64,000 nucleotides of DNA from Phoronis australis (taxonomy: Eukaryota > Animalia > Phoronida): NCBI GenBank assembly GCA_002633005.1, contig NMRA01000291.1:104026-168025 (forward strand), in the 5' to 3' direction. The translations under genes and the position numbers were made by a program. The notes below the pieces were generated by a model that had not been told where the DNA came from, ran no database searches, and worked only from the letters and a program-made list of their open reading frames with translations. Positions 24,001 to 35,838 of the stretch are shown here, piece by piece (the first letter of the stretch is position 1; each line of letters begins with the position of its first letter).

Positions 24001-26484
24001 CTGCAAGCCAATGTACTCGACTAACTTGCTGTGGAATATCTGAGCTACCACCTTAGGTTTTTCTTTGCATGATCTGCTATTGTGGGTATTTTTCACACAA
24101 ATTTAGGTCACACCTGTTGTCACAAACACTCTGTTAAGGATTTTCTGTTGTGTTGGATTTTCTTATGGAAAATAAATAGCTGTGCAGATTTTCCCCTCAG
24201 TTTTATCGTGCCTTTGGTCAATGATATGTGATTAGATAATAACATTTTTGTAATTGTAGGCTAAAATCTGGGACATCAACAGGTGTCTGCTATTGTTTAC
24301 CTTGATCGGTCACTCTGCTGCTGTGTTTGCTGTTGACATTACAGAGAATGGTCAAACTATTTTGACAGGCTCTGCAGACAGAGTAAGTAGGCTGCATCTG
24401 AGGCACAATCATTAGCAAGTAGCCTTATTCATGTAACCATGACTGCTGTATTTTGAGACATGATTTTGCTTTTTCAATAGTGTTTTTCAGCATTCAGAAA
24501 CCCTACATTGTGATGAAGTCTGCTTTAGGCACTAGGTACTAGCTCAATTTTGTTCTGTATGTGAGAGAACAAAGTAAAAATTGTCTGTTTACAAGATAAG
24601 GATTTAAATTAATGGTTTGCAGATAAAAACAAATCACATTCTGTCTTTTTTTAAGTTACTTACAATTGTGTTTGGGATTACGTTTTATTTTTTTGTTGCA
24701 TAAGTTCACTTTCTGCAATTACATACATGTTTTGTGTTGACCTATAGGTTGTAATTGGGTGTAAAAGTTAACCAACTCATGAAATCGGAACCTAGAGTTT
24801 ACATCTGTGTGCATTATAAGTAACACTTGACCATTTGCAAGAATGTGGTCTATGCATACTATGATTGCGTTTTTCAGTCAGTTCGTCTGTGGGAGGGAGA
24901 GACAGGGCATTGTATGAAGGTGATCTGGGCCAGTCCCAGCACGTCTATAGTTTCACTGAGCTGCAGCAAAGGCTACTTTGCTTGTACATACGGTCAAACT
25001 ATTGCTCTGTATAAGATCGATGGAGCCAAGCTGTTGAACACATATAATGAACACCAGAAAAGGTAATTGAACTGTTTAACTGTTGAAAAATGCATTTGAC
25101 TGTACAGCGTGCAACTTATGTTTACCTCATATTGCAGTTACAATCGTAACAGAGAAGATAACTGGAGACCCCCACATGCTGAAAGTCTCCCATATAAAAG
25201 AACTAACCAGCTCAGATCAAAAATTTTTCGCCTTGCACTCTGACATCGGTTGACTCTTTGTTGCAGTGTAGCTACATACACATGTTATTACAGATAAATA
25301 CTGGGAGAGTGTTAATTCATGACTAGAAAATAAACAAAAAGTTGTACTGCCAATTTATTCTGGGTCTGTTGAGGACCAGTTTTGCAGTACAGTTAAATAA
25401 TTATGACAAAGCCACTGCGGCTTTGACATAGTGTATTTCTTTTCATTTAGTGATCACAAAGTTAATATTTTGTTTTTGCTCTTCATCCATGGTTTTTTTC
25501 TTTAAGGATTGAGGCCATTCAACTCAAAATCACTGACCCAGCCAAATGTGAAGGTCAAATGGTCAGTGCTGGACAGGATGGGACTGTGAAGTATTGGAAT
25601 GTGCAAGAGTAAGTATACCTCAGGTTAGACACAAACATTGTTATAATGTTGTATCACCATAAAATGGTATTTTGAGATTAAATATAACGTGGAATTTGAG
25701 AATTGCCAGGAATCTTTAGGATTAGAGAAATACTCTTGTCGACTTTTAAGTTTTAAAAAATGAACTATGTACAGAACATTTGGCATTGATCATATTCTGA
25801 TCGATAGCTATAAACTATGCTTAAGGTTTTGTGTAATCATATCTATGTTTCTGCCAAAAATCTACAAAACTAGTGTATTTAGCACAGTAAAAGTATACAC
25901 ATTCTGAAAGCAGAAAGCCTGATTCTCAATATTATATGAATCTACCATTGATTGGGTCACGTGACCATCTACTTTTAATAAAATTAAGAGAAATATACAT
26001 ATAAAATATTGGTGTCAGTCACATTAACTTTCTTCTGATATATTAGTTCAAAATTACATCTCAAAAAGGGGGTTACACTTTTCTAACCTATTGTTTCATG
26101 TTGATTTATGTAGTGGGTAATTTGTTTTCAAAAAGTACAAAAGTACCAGACTAAAGTCTTTAATATTATCTTGCACAAAAGTGGGACATTTTAAAAGCAA
26201 TTTTAGCAGCACTTTGGAGAACAGTGCAGCTGATTAGCCATTTATGAAAAGAGATGTTTTGAAGTTATCCAAACTTTGACATTTTCAAGGTTACATGTAA
26301 TATTTACTTCATTAATAGCAAAACTTGTACATTTTATTTCCTATTTCATTGCAGAGTAAAAAACAGCATACAGACGTTTGTTTGCCACAAGGGGGAGCCA
26401 GTCAACTGCATTGCTTTTGACGAGATGAGGATTGCCACAGCATCCAGTGATAATAAAATAAAAGTCATGAATTTCAATGTATAG
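12043..26484 (+). CDS. F-box/WD40-repeat protein (FBXW-like SCF substrate receptor), 14 exons, about 670 aa
   Basis: Exons: 12043-12207, 17107-17277, 18095-18210, 19121-19252, 19726-19934, 20902-20984, 21335-21506 (F-box DFLTGLPLTLSLEVLSYLTPIELLTAARVCKSWKKL), 21622-21745, 22178-22364, 23411-23524, 24260-24382, 24878-25062, 25507-25608, 26355-26484. All GT-AG, phases consistent, total 2013 nt ending in TAG. Seven WD40 repeats (e.g. GH...SGSMDKTIRIWD). Confidence 0.92.
13196..13680. mobile_element. hAT-like MITE (CAGGG termini, 6-bp TSD)
   Basis: Perfect 13-bp TIR CAGGGCTTGGAAT / ATTCCAAGCCCTG. TTCATT is duplicated on both flanks. Repeated TTTCCGC subterminal motifs. Confidence 0.8.
13858..15122 (+). 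pseudogene. THAP-domain ORF split by an insertion
   Basis: [33 protein letters not shown]...LREKWINNIRR...GH, then the insertion, then CSEHFPGGKKTDENNIPTEF. This gives the full C2CH THAP signature. A DHSY (D/E-H-x-Y) motif follows at about 15041. Confidence 0.8.
14051..14800. mobile_element. Non-autonomous element with TAG..CTA termini and 9-bp TSD (AcademH-like or MULE)
   Basis: GGGGCCATC is duplicated at 14042-14050 and 14801-14809. Short TIR TAGGCAA / TTGCCTA. Confidence 0.7.
16960..17095. repeat. Low-complexity (GTTATT)-rich tract
   Basis: Degenerate TTGTTATT / TAGTTG repeats just upstream of F-box exon 2. Confidence 0.6.
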
Positions 26485-29400
26485 AGCCATTGATACAGAC
26501 CCTTTGAGTCTCTGTTGGTTGATGTGGCCATAAGCAGTGTCTTGCAAGTTAAACTCCAATGCAGCACTAATTGGGTCAAACTGGAATAAATCGAGTACTC
26601 AGTGAAGAATGCATTTAAGCAATCAATGAACTCGGTTTGGTCCTTGGTTTTATCATTGTGTAATTAGAAATGCTGACTTGCCGTATTGAAAAAGAAAAGA
26701 AAAGGTTCCACCCCAAACTGTGTACCAGAGATTGCACTGCGTGGAGGTTTGAGGGACGCAAAACTTTTTGTGATTTCACCTAGAGCTGGTTTTGTCACAT
26801 TTCTTCAGATGTACCATTAGTACCTGTACATTGCACATTCAACTAATACAAATCCTTATTGTGGATGTGGATATAAATTTATACTGTGACTCCATGTGGC
26901 CAGTCGTTCCCCACAGTTGCCTTGCAATTCTCCTAAAAAATTAATCATGCTCACTGACCAAGCAGATTTTTGTAAAGACTTTTTCAAAATTGCACTGAAC
27001 TGTTAAGCAATGACAAGGGTAACAGCATTATTATATTTTATTTCAAATCAACTATAAGCCCCCCTTCCATCACAAGAAACAAATTTAGATTTGGACAGGA
27101 CCACATACCGTTATGAAATTTTTCTCATATTTTTCCGTAGCCAAACTTAACATGATTTCAAGCGTCAAAGGATCTGATATTTTGTTGTTCCATGAGCACA
27201 GGCTCAGTAAGTTGTCCTTTCATATCCTGCCATTTTGTTTGCCAAGAATGGTCTCAAGGAATGAAAAAATGACAGTGCACTTCCCACTTGACTAGTTTTT
27301 AAACGTTAATTTCTCTAAATCAAAAATTTGCTTCTTGGACAGAACGCGGGATTATAACTACTTTGATTATTAAAGGGAGCATTAGCCATGTTATGGCACT
27401 TGTGGAGCTTCGTTTCCTTTTTAACTGTTAAATTTTCCACAATATTTCGAGTTTGCTTGTCTAATGCAAAACCAGAGTTTGTACAATTACTGAATAGAGA
27501 ATTTTATGAGATTCAGCATTTTGTTGTACTTAAGTGGTTATTTTGTCTGATTAGTAGCAAATTAAAGTTGAAGAATCAGGGCTGGCATATATGAAACTTT
27601 CATGTTATATATTATTGATCTTGGTGTGGAACATTAGTAGCATTTATAGTAATGTGACATGCTGTATCATAGGTAATGCCTGGGGACACCTCCGAAAAAA
27701 ATCAACTAGCATGCAGTTTTCAGGCTTACACAGACATTTTCCAAGAAAAATCCTGGTTGTTCTCCGTTACAACAACCTAGATCCATCACTGATGATGTTT
27801 CATTGTTTTGTCTCCCACCTTTGTGCAACCGTACACTGGGCTGTTGCTTTATTTGCAATTACTGCTGTGAAATTCATACTGTCAATTTTTAGTGACAGAC
27901 ATATCAAAGAATGAATACATTTATTCCCTGGCGTGGATACTATTAGGTCAAAGTCACAACCCAAAATTAACTCTCCTTTTGTGGAGATAGTAAAAAGCAT
28001 TGGATGTGGCTCTTGTACTACACTTTGCTCACCAATGATAAACAAAGTAAAGGAATAATGGTATACATAAATAACAATGTATCACAAGTTTGTGCAACAG
28101 TCTTGATTATTTGCTCATTATTACTTCCGTTTGCTCTTTACAATTTTTTTCAAGAATCAAGTTTTGTCATGTTTGTATTTTAGTGCTCATGTTTGTCTGG
28201 TAAAATCTCACCAATTTTGGACTAAAATAATTGCCAAAATTCCTCATATCAGTTTTGCAAGGTCTTCTTATACATTTGTGAGTACCGGGTACCCAAAAAT
28301 TTTCAAAATTTTGTGTGATAGTAGATATCACATCGAAACTTGAACACTGAAAGCATAATTTTGTGCTAAAATGAGAAAATAAATTTCAGCTGTCTGCTAT
28401 ATTGTGTCCTAAATTGGTGAGGTTTTATCATATCTATGTTGTTTGTATGTTCGTTTAAGTAAATATGCTAATGCCCATTGATTATCAATTTCTAGCTATA
28501 TTAGGCTTCTCTTGTTCCTGTTAAAAAGCCAAGTTTCATATTTTAGACTTCTTGGTATGACTTGTGATGGTCTAGTATGTAAAGAAGTAAACAAATTCAT
28601 TTTTCTCTAGCACTTTTTGGTTCCTCAGTCACTGCAGTTATTTTGTGTTAATGGTATTTTGCTTTAAATCTACTGTGTGAGTTTTCTGCTGATGATGAAA
28701 CTCTTTGTTTCAGTTAAATGGTCTTTCCAGTTCTTAAGTTTTACACTTGTACTATGTTTTATGTCATTTCTGCTGAATGGTATTAAAGATATTTTTGTGT
28801 ACAGTCTTATACTCTTGAAACAAATGTTGTGACATTTATAAAACGACAGAATCAAGGTATTGTCATTTTTAAGTAAAACGCATCTTTTTGTTTTTACAGT
28901 ATTCACCATGTGTGTTTAAATACAATTGGGATGCATTTTGAAAAAATCAAGGCTCATCTCGTTTATTATTGAGACTGTGAAGTTGTTATTTGGTTAACTT
29001 CATCTTTCAAGGTGGCTTGGGCATGTGAAATGTTTGTGATGCCTGAGAGAGTTAAAAAAGATTTTGCACTACTGTATGCACGTTATTAGTAGACCCATAC
29101 CACTGTAAGTAAAGTTGCACCTATACGTGGAATTGGACGTGTGCACCTATATGTAAATCATTTGGGTAATACCAGACAAGTACGTTTTAAAACGTGGTAT
29201 AGCGGTGTGATTAATCTGTGATAAAGTGGAAGGCGTTGCATATTGCCCTGTTTAGCTGGCTGAAAACTAGAATCGAATAAAGATACAAACTTCATAAAAT
29301 CGGTTTTATAATATTCTTTACCGTGATAGGATTTTATTTGCGTTGCCATCAAGATCATGGAAACAACCAGCGCTCACAAAAACGTTTCAGAGTTTATTGG

Positions 29401-29903
29401 TGTTGGCGAAAATGACCTACCGGTATGTAGCCATGCGCCACCTATGACGGTAAGGAATACGTGACCGGTTTATGCCAGTAAACGACCCAATTCGATTTTC
29501 GTTTTTGATGCCTTGTAAACAGGGCTAACACGAATGTCGAAATTTAAACGATAAATAGGAATTCATGTATATCTTCTTAAAAAATGGTAAGACTTGTTGT
29601 GAGGCTTCTGGAGGGTTGCAATGTAATTGTCATGCTCTGCGAATCTATGCGATCTTCGCGACCAAAAGTTGGGTTGGCCTATTTTTCACGTTAGCCCTTG
29701 TAACTTCTTTTCTTTGATAATTTCAGGGAAAGGCCCGGTCTTCCTTAAAATATGTTATGTCGCATAGGCGTCCACCCGTTTCTCAAAAGTTGCAATTACT
29801 TTTGTAATCCATTTTCAGGTCAAGGGTGTAATTAAGTTTACGCAAATAAAAATATTCGCATGCATTAAATGCTTTAAAGATTTATTTAATAAAACATTAC
29901 CCT

Positions 29904-29909
29904 TTTATT
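29904..29909 (-). terminator. Candidate polyadenylation signal (AATAAA) of the histone H1 gene
   Basis: TTTATT on the plus strand about 630 nt downstream of the H1 stop, with a second one at 29881. No canonical histone stem-loop follows the stop. Confidence 0.45.
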
Positions 29910-30535
29910 GTACTGTACGTGTTACAAACACAAAAATTGTACATTTAACATGCGCGCACCCAAGGGAGCTCGAGAGAAAGTGGGCAAACAGGTCCGCCTC
30001 AGAAACAAAAACTCCGCAAAAGTAGAAAACGAGACATAACTAAAAAGGCAGGAACTACCAAAATTCGGCGAATATACAATTCATAGCTCGAACGTTTTCC
30101 GTGAATCTTACTAAAAGGTCCACATTCTCAAAAATTCGAGCCCCCCATTTTATAGGCTGGGTGCGGGTATGCTGTGTGGACTTCTTCAAAATGCTACTAA
30201 GAGTAAGTTATAACGTAAAGCAATTGCTTCGGAAAGGTACAAGGCGCGTTATGCGAGACAACTGCACATTCGTAAGAGAAAGAAAACAATTATTGCGTTT
30301 ACATAATTTAATGGCATTTTAAGCAAAATGATCTACAAAGTTCACGACCATCAAATTATTGACGTAAAAATTTCAAGGATTAAAATAAAATCAAGGATAC
30401 AATAAGCAGTGAAGTATAAAAACATGACAAATGGGTATTTACAGATGAACTGTCCACATATCAATGTCACTTAGTAGGCCTACTAAAAACGAAACATTCG
30501 CACGCAATCTTTTCACAGTCGGAAATTCCCACTTT

Positions 30536-31114
30536 TCACTTTTTAGCCTTAACAGGTTTAGATTTTTTGACAGGAGACTTGGCTTTTTTTGGTTTCGCAA
30601 CTTTAGCCTTGGTGGTCTTTGGCTTCTTGCTTTTCGAAGTAGATTTCTTGGATTTTGAACTTGTGGAAGATTTCTTTGTCGTTGCCTTCTTTTTGGTAGT
30701 GGTCTTTGCTTTCTTTGCTGGGGACTTAGTCTTCTTGACCAGCTTTTTTGGTGATTTTTTGGTAGACTTCTTTGCTGGCTTTTTTGGCTTAGCGGCTGAC
30801 TTTTCCCCAGCTTTGAACGATCCACTTGCGCCAGTACCTTTGGATTGCTTCAGCAGGCCGCTAGTGACGCCCCTTTTCAGCGCCATCTTCAAATGAGTGT
30901 TAACAGCACTTTCATCTTTGCCAACGTTGTAATGATCCATAATGTATTTTAGAATGGCTTGACGCGAGGAACCACCACGTTCTTTGAGTGCGGCGACTGC
31001 ACCAACTATCATCTCCGCGTATTTCGGATGAGTAGGCGCTGACTTTGGTTTGGATGCCTTCTTAGTGTTCTTTTTCGCCGCAGTCGAAACGGATGCAGTT
31101 GCTGTATCGGCCAT
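30536..31114 (-). CDS. Linker histone H1 (H1.0/H5/H1-delta-like), intronless, 192 aa
   Basis: Globular domain HPKYAEMIVGAVAALKERGGSSRQAILKYI...LKQSKGTGASGSFK. Lys/Ser/Thr/Pro-rich C-terminal tail with SPKK, SPAK and SPVK motifs. No core histone genes nearby. Confidence 0.97.
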   Translation of the reverse strand: MADTATASVSTAAKKNTKKASKPKSAPTHPKYAEMIVGAVAALKERGGSSRQAILKYIMDHYNVGKDESAVNTHLKMALKRGVTSGLLKQSKGTGASGSFKAGEKSAAKPKKPAKKSTKKSPKKLVKKTKSPAKKAKTTTKKKATTKKSSTSSKSKKSTSKSKKPKTTKAKVAKPKKAKSPVKKSKPVKAKK

Positions 31115-31188
31115 TTCGAAACAATAGAAATATAGACTTAGCTAATTTGTCAAATGAAGAGTGAGAATTTACCAGTCCCACTCATGAA

Positions 31189-31289
31189 TTTATAGCTGTT
31201 GAATACAATCGCCGACCTAAAAGAAAGCACATGAAAGATGTGTCGACTGCTATTCCAAAATGGCGGGTTTTTTGAAATGTATTGTGTTT
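31189..31289 (-). promoter_or_regulatory. Histone H1 promoter: TATA box, GC box, H1 box
   Basis: TATAAA at 31194-31189, GGCGGG at 31262-31267, and AAACACA (H1/AC box) at 31289-31283, about 90 bp upstream of the TATA box. Confidence 0.65.
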
Positions 31290-31901
31290 GTTTGCGTTGA
31301 AAACATGGAATTATTTGATATTCTGGATAACATGACTTTCTTTAAAGTATATATAAAACACCACCAGTAATCTGAAAACGCATTTCTCAAGAACATAAAT
31401 ACCTTAAGTTGTTACTTTAACGTTAGAATCTCGTTTCAGTTGTTGGATTGATAATGTTTGAAGAAATAATAGACTTAAAACTGAAAACAATTGATGTAGA
31501 AAGATTAACAGGAACTAGGTAGTTGTTGAACAAGGAGGAAAAACTCTTAAGTTAACCCCAGACTAGCAATTTCATTGTGAAAGTGCCTACACATTCGTAT
31601 TTTTTACAATGCAAATGACAATGCCAGCACAACTTTGAAACCGGAAGCGGAAAAATATTGTAGGCCTTTAACTGTTGATTTCAGAAATAATCCCTCAGGT
31701 CAAATTCACTCCAAAACTTTGACGATGCATCGAAACGCAAAAAGTGCATGTTCAACTTCTTGAAGAATATGCAAACTGCATCTCAAAAATAGGAATTGAT
31801 CTGGTGGCCTACAGACCAATTTTCTTTTTTATACCCCGGCAGTAGCGGTCATAGCCTCGGTGCAAAGTTGTAAAAATGTGCTTTGAGTATTTGACGTTCT
31901 G

Positions 31902-32112
31902 CATTGGTGTAGGAAACATTTCATGGTTGGGGGGTGGGGGTGGGCGGTGGCGAGGAGTCTCTGTTGAATTTTCAATTGATTAATAGATACTTATCAACAC
32001 CCGGAATACTGGGGGGGGGAGCCAAAAGCTATCTCTGTCCCTCCCCCCTCAAACATTTTGGTTCAGGGTGCGTTCGCCCATTGGGCACTTCCCCTAGCTT
32101 CTTACGCCTATG
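31902..32112. mobile_element. Short G-tract MITE relic
   Basis: Degenerate TIR CATTGGTGTAGGAAAC / GCTTCTTACGCCTATG with internal poly-G and poly-C tracts. Confidence 0.45.
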
Positions 32113-32432
32113 TTCCGTCATATATAACAATCCCAGCTTATCCGAAAGGCTGAGGCAGCCTAGGTCCTATTATTAGATAAGTGCCATTTAACCCATATGG
32201 TAGGGCCTATTCCATGATTCAACAGTGGCGGGCTTGCCTTTTAAACAGGCCAGTAGTGCGAAGGCAAAAATTACTGTATTATTGGGGGAGGGGGTGCACA
32301 AACCAATTCGAATTCGCCAAACTACCCCTCCCCTCATCCTTTCGCCACCACGGATGTCACCAAATACCGGTGTGTACCGAACTGCCCATGTCCGCTATAG
32401 GTGGGGGACAAGACGGAGGATGCAACCACCAG

Positions 32433-32646
32433 CAGGGGCGGATCCAGGATTTTGAGTTGGGGGGAGGGCACAGGAATAACCAGAATTTCGCCACATGCGC
32501 ACACACAGCCTAAAATGAAGGGATGCTAGGGTCTCACATTTTTGGGTTTGTGGCCCTTGTTACTAGAAAAAAACGCTAAACGGGGTTTGTTCAAGGCTTA
32601 TGCATAGTGCATTCGCCTCCCGAGCCCCTCTGGGTGCGCGCCTATG
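32433..32646. mobile_element. Short G-tract MITE relic (CAGGGGCGGATCCAGG type)
   Basis: Left end CAGGGGCGGATCCAGGATTTT; degenerate right end CTGGGTGCGCGCCTATG. Confidence 0.4.
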
Positions 32647-32761
32647 CTAGTCAGCAATTCGCACCTCGAACTACCAAATGGCATCTGGGAGAATTTTAGG
32701 GTGGGCATGCACACTATTCAACGCCTGGAGTTCAAAATTCAGTTCCCATTAATCACTGGGA

Positions 32762-33100
32762 TACTGGGCGGGCCAACTGCATGGTTACATTTCATTTTTA
32801 ACGTGGGTGCGTCAGTCATGGCGTGCTTCATCTGTTTAGTATGCCCGGGAATGGGAAGCAAACGATTCAGTTTTGAAAAACGAAAATTTATTGTGCAACA
32901 CTACTGGAAACTAAAAACACCAAGGAAGGACAAAGACAACCTTTCCAAGTTAATGTGCAATGAGTTTAATTTTATTTATTCAAGGGCTTAAACTTCTTTT
33001 TCGATCTACGGTTTGTGAATTTAAACCACTAATCTAGTTCCTAAGTCAATAAACAATTTATTGTCATTTCAGTTGTGAGAACAGTTTGGGACACTTTGTA
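32762..33100 (+). mobile_element. Tc1/mariner-like relic with a transposase N-terminal fragment
   Basis: Ends TACTGGGCGGGCCAA / TTGGGACACTTTGTA resemble TACAGGGTGTCCCAA-type TIRs. Internal MGSKRFSFEKRKFIVQHYWKL (32851) resembles the HTH start of mariner-like transposases. Confidence 0.45.
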
Positions 33101-35838
33101 GAGCTGTCCGACCTTCCTCAATATCCTTGAAACTTATTTCAGATAGACAAAAATAGTTTAGTGTACTTTGCTATTTGAGGATTTGATGATAGATCGAATT
33201 TCCCACTGTCAGCCTGCAATAAAGTTCAGTGAAACATTGTCATTTCTTACAAGATTAGCTTCTAATTGTCAAAAATAATCTCTCAATCAGTCGATTTTCG
33301 TAGATACATAAACATGTAAATCAGAAATAACAATCGATTTCATGAGCAATGCGTTTACCTTGATTTAATGACTTAATTCCTTTTGACCCGCTGTTTGTGA
33401 ATTTGTCAAAAAAGACACGAAAAGGATGGCCACTTGAATGTCATCAATGGCCTCCTTCAAGGGCTGGTCCCCTAAAAATATAAAAAATATCTATATTTTC
33501 AGAAATCAGGAAATGCGCAACAATTGATGATATCTGTCAGAACGTCAATTTTCTCAAGTGATATACAATTTCGAGAAAAAAATAGACCAACAGTTGTCTT
33601 CGTTATCCCTTAGCAGAGAGGGGCATCTGGAAAAATATAGTTTTGCATTCGCAACTTTGTCATGTTGAATTCAAAAGTCCAGTGAATTAATACGCTCTAC
33701 AAAAGCTTTACTTTACAAATTTTCCCCATTCATCGAAATATATGTATGAATGATTAAGTGCACGTTTCAAGTGCGTTTAGAGGACCTGGGCTGCAAAAAA
33801 AACGGAGACTCTAACAACAATGTCCTGGCCAGGGCCCTCAAAGGACACTGATACTGAGTTGTCAAATGTTCTCATGAATTTTTTCTGTTATCCGTATTTT
33901 GCAGTATTTCTGCTCTCGACTGTCCCCGGCCCCACGCCTACGTAGATTACCACGGTTTAACCCTGACGCCTGCAATTTTTTTTTGGGGGGGGGGCACGTG
34001 TCCCCCCCCGCTTCCTAAGGCCCTATGAACACTACAGATACAACAAGATACCCGATTCTAAATGATTCTAAATGTCATATAAGTTTGTAACCACAGAATG
34101 TGATTTGTTTCGTATCTATATGAAATTTAGGGGTAACTTATGAATAACTTTACGCCTTGTCATCATTCAGAATTTCAATCTATATCAATTGCATAAAGCG
34201 CGCGTTCACAGAATACTGAATTTTTGTAGATACGTTTACGTTTTTTGTACATCATTATGTTCATTTAAATAATTGAGCAATTTCATTTGGAATAGTTAGT
34301 TGTGTAATTCTCAATAAAATGATCTTTATTGCGTAAATTTCAAAACATTAATACACCAATTGTATGCGTAGAAGGAATGTTTGGAGTTATTTAAAATTCA
34401 GTTAAACTGGTGTTTGTTCTCTTTGTAGACAATCTAGCTTTGCGCGGCGAAAAACAACAAAAATTTTAAAACACGGTTTCGCATGCAATGTCCAGTTCAG
34501 TTTTCAGAACTGTATTGTTTTAGTACCCATTGTTTCGGTAAATATTTCTGCTTCAACGTGTTGGCTATTATTTCATCAGTTCATGTTTGTTCTTGTGGCC
34601 AGTTAATAAAGAAAATGCTTATCTTTGGGATTTGTCAAAAAAAGAAAAAATGCTCAACAGTGCAGTTAAGCATATTTTCTGTATCAACTTTCCGAATCAC
34701 CCCAATGTTACCATTGGGTCGCAGCGCACATAATGAAGAGATGGATGATTTTAGTTCACGTAATACTTGAATTCATCCATTGCACGTTACCTATTTATTT
34801 AAATTTGATCCTCTGATAAAAAAAAAAACATTGAAAGTATTCGTGATGGCCGTCTGTCCAGAAATTTCGTTACAATGGAATTGTAAACTTCAAGTTAATT
34901 TCATATTTTCAAGAGTTGAACAAACATTTTCAGGACTATTTGGCATGACAAACATGTCCCAATAAGGAAAGAAATTGAAATGACGCAAAAATGTTTCACG
35001 CTGTAAAATAATTCGTTTTGAATCGTTTACCAGAGCTGACGTGCTTTGAAGACTTACTCAACCAATTTTGAAAAAAGTTGCTGGAACAATATTACTCATT
35101 GAGTGGATATAGATTTTTACGCATTTGCGGCTGTGAATTATAAGTCCCGTGGTCAACGAAAATTACAAATTTGTTTTGGTATGAAATGTTTGGTTACTTT
35201 ATTCAAATTTGGGACATATTTATGAAGAAGGACGATGATGGTATACAGCAGAGGTGATATAAAACAGATAATTGTTATATTAATTTGTGATTTGCTTGAC
35301 TCAGAGGGACATTTTATGTCTTACCAGTCATTTTTTATCAGGCATGGTCGGTGTATACCCTTTACTATTTCATGAACTTTTGAGCACATTTTTTCATTTT
35401 AATAAAAGTTCCAGAAATACGTCAAGATACTTGTGGTGTTTACAAAACATAGTTCTAGCAAATGCCGCAACGTGGCGCTAAAAAAAATTCATCCGCAAAT
35501 TTTACCTACCAACCGTACGTTTCTTAAATTGTTTAACTTTAATTACTTTATTAAAACAAACTAAATTTTCGAATAAAATTGAACATTTTATTTTCTTTAA
35601 ATTACAAAAATATACCCGGTTTTAAGGTAGAAGTACATAGTTGGTTATTAAATGTTGAACTGATTTCGATATGGATAATCTAGAAGTAAAAAGGTTGTTT
35701 AAAAATGGCGGACGATTAGTGGGTTGAAATGAAACGAGCGTTATCAATTGGAAATGGTCTTGAAACAGACTTCATCGCTATCTTCGTTCGATGACCAAAG
35801 TGAAAAAGGATGATTAATCAATAAGGAAACTCGGCTAC

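Noticed and set aside
12043-26484. Naming the F-box gene FBXW7
   Set aside because: It has seven WD40 repeats and lacks the TVRC / SGSRD phosphodegron-binding arginine motifs, so orthology is not supported.
30439-30896. ORFs overlapping histone H1 in other frames or antisense
   Set aside because: Shadows of the Lys-rich H1 coding sequence.
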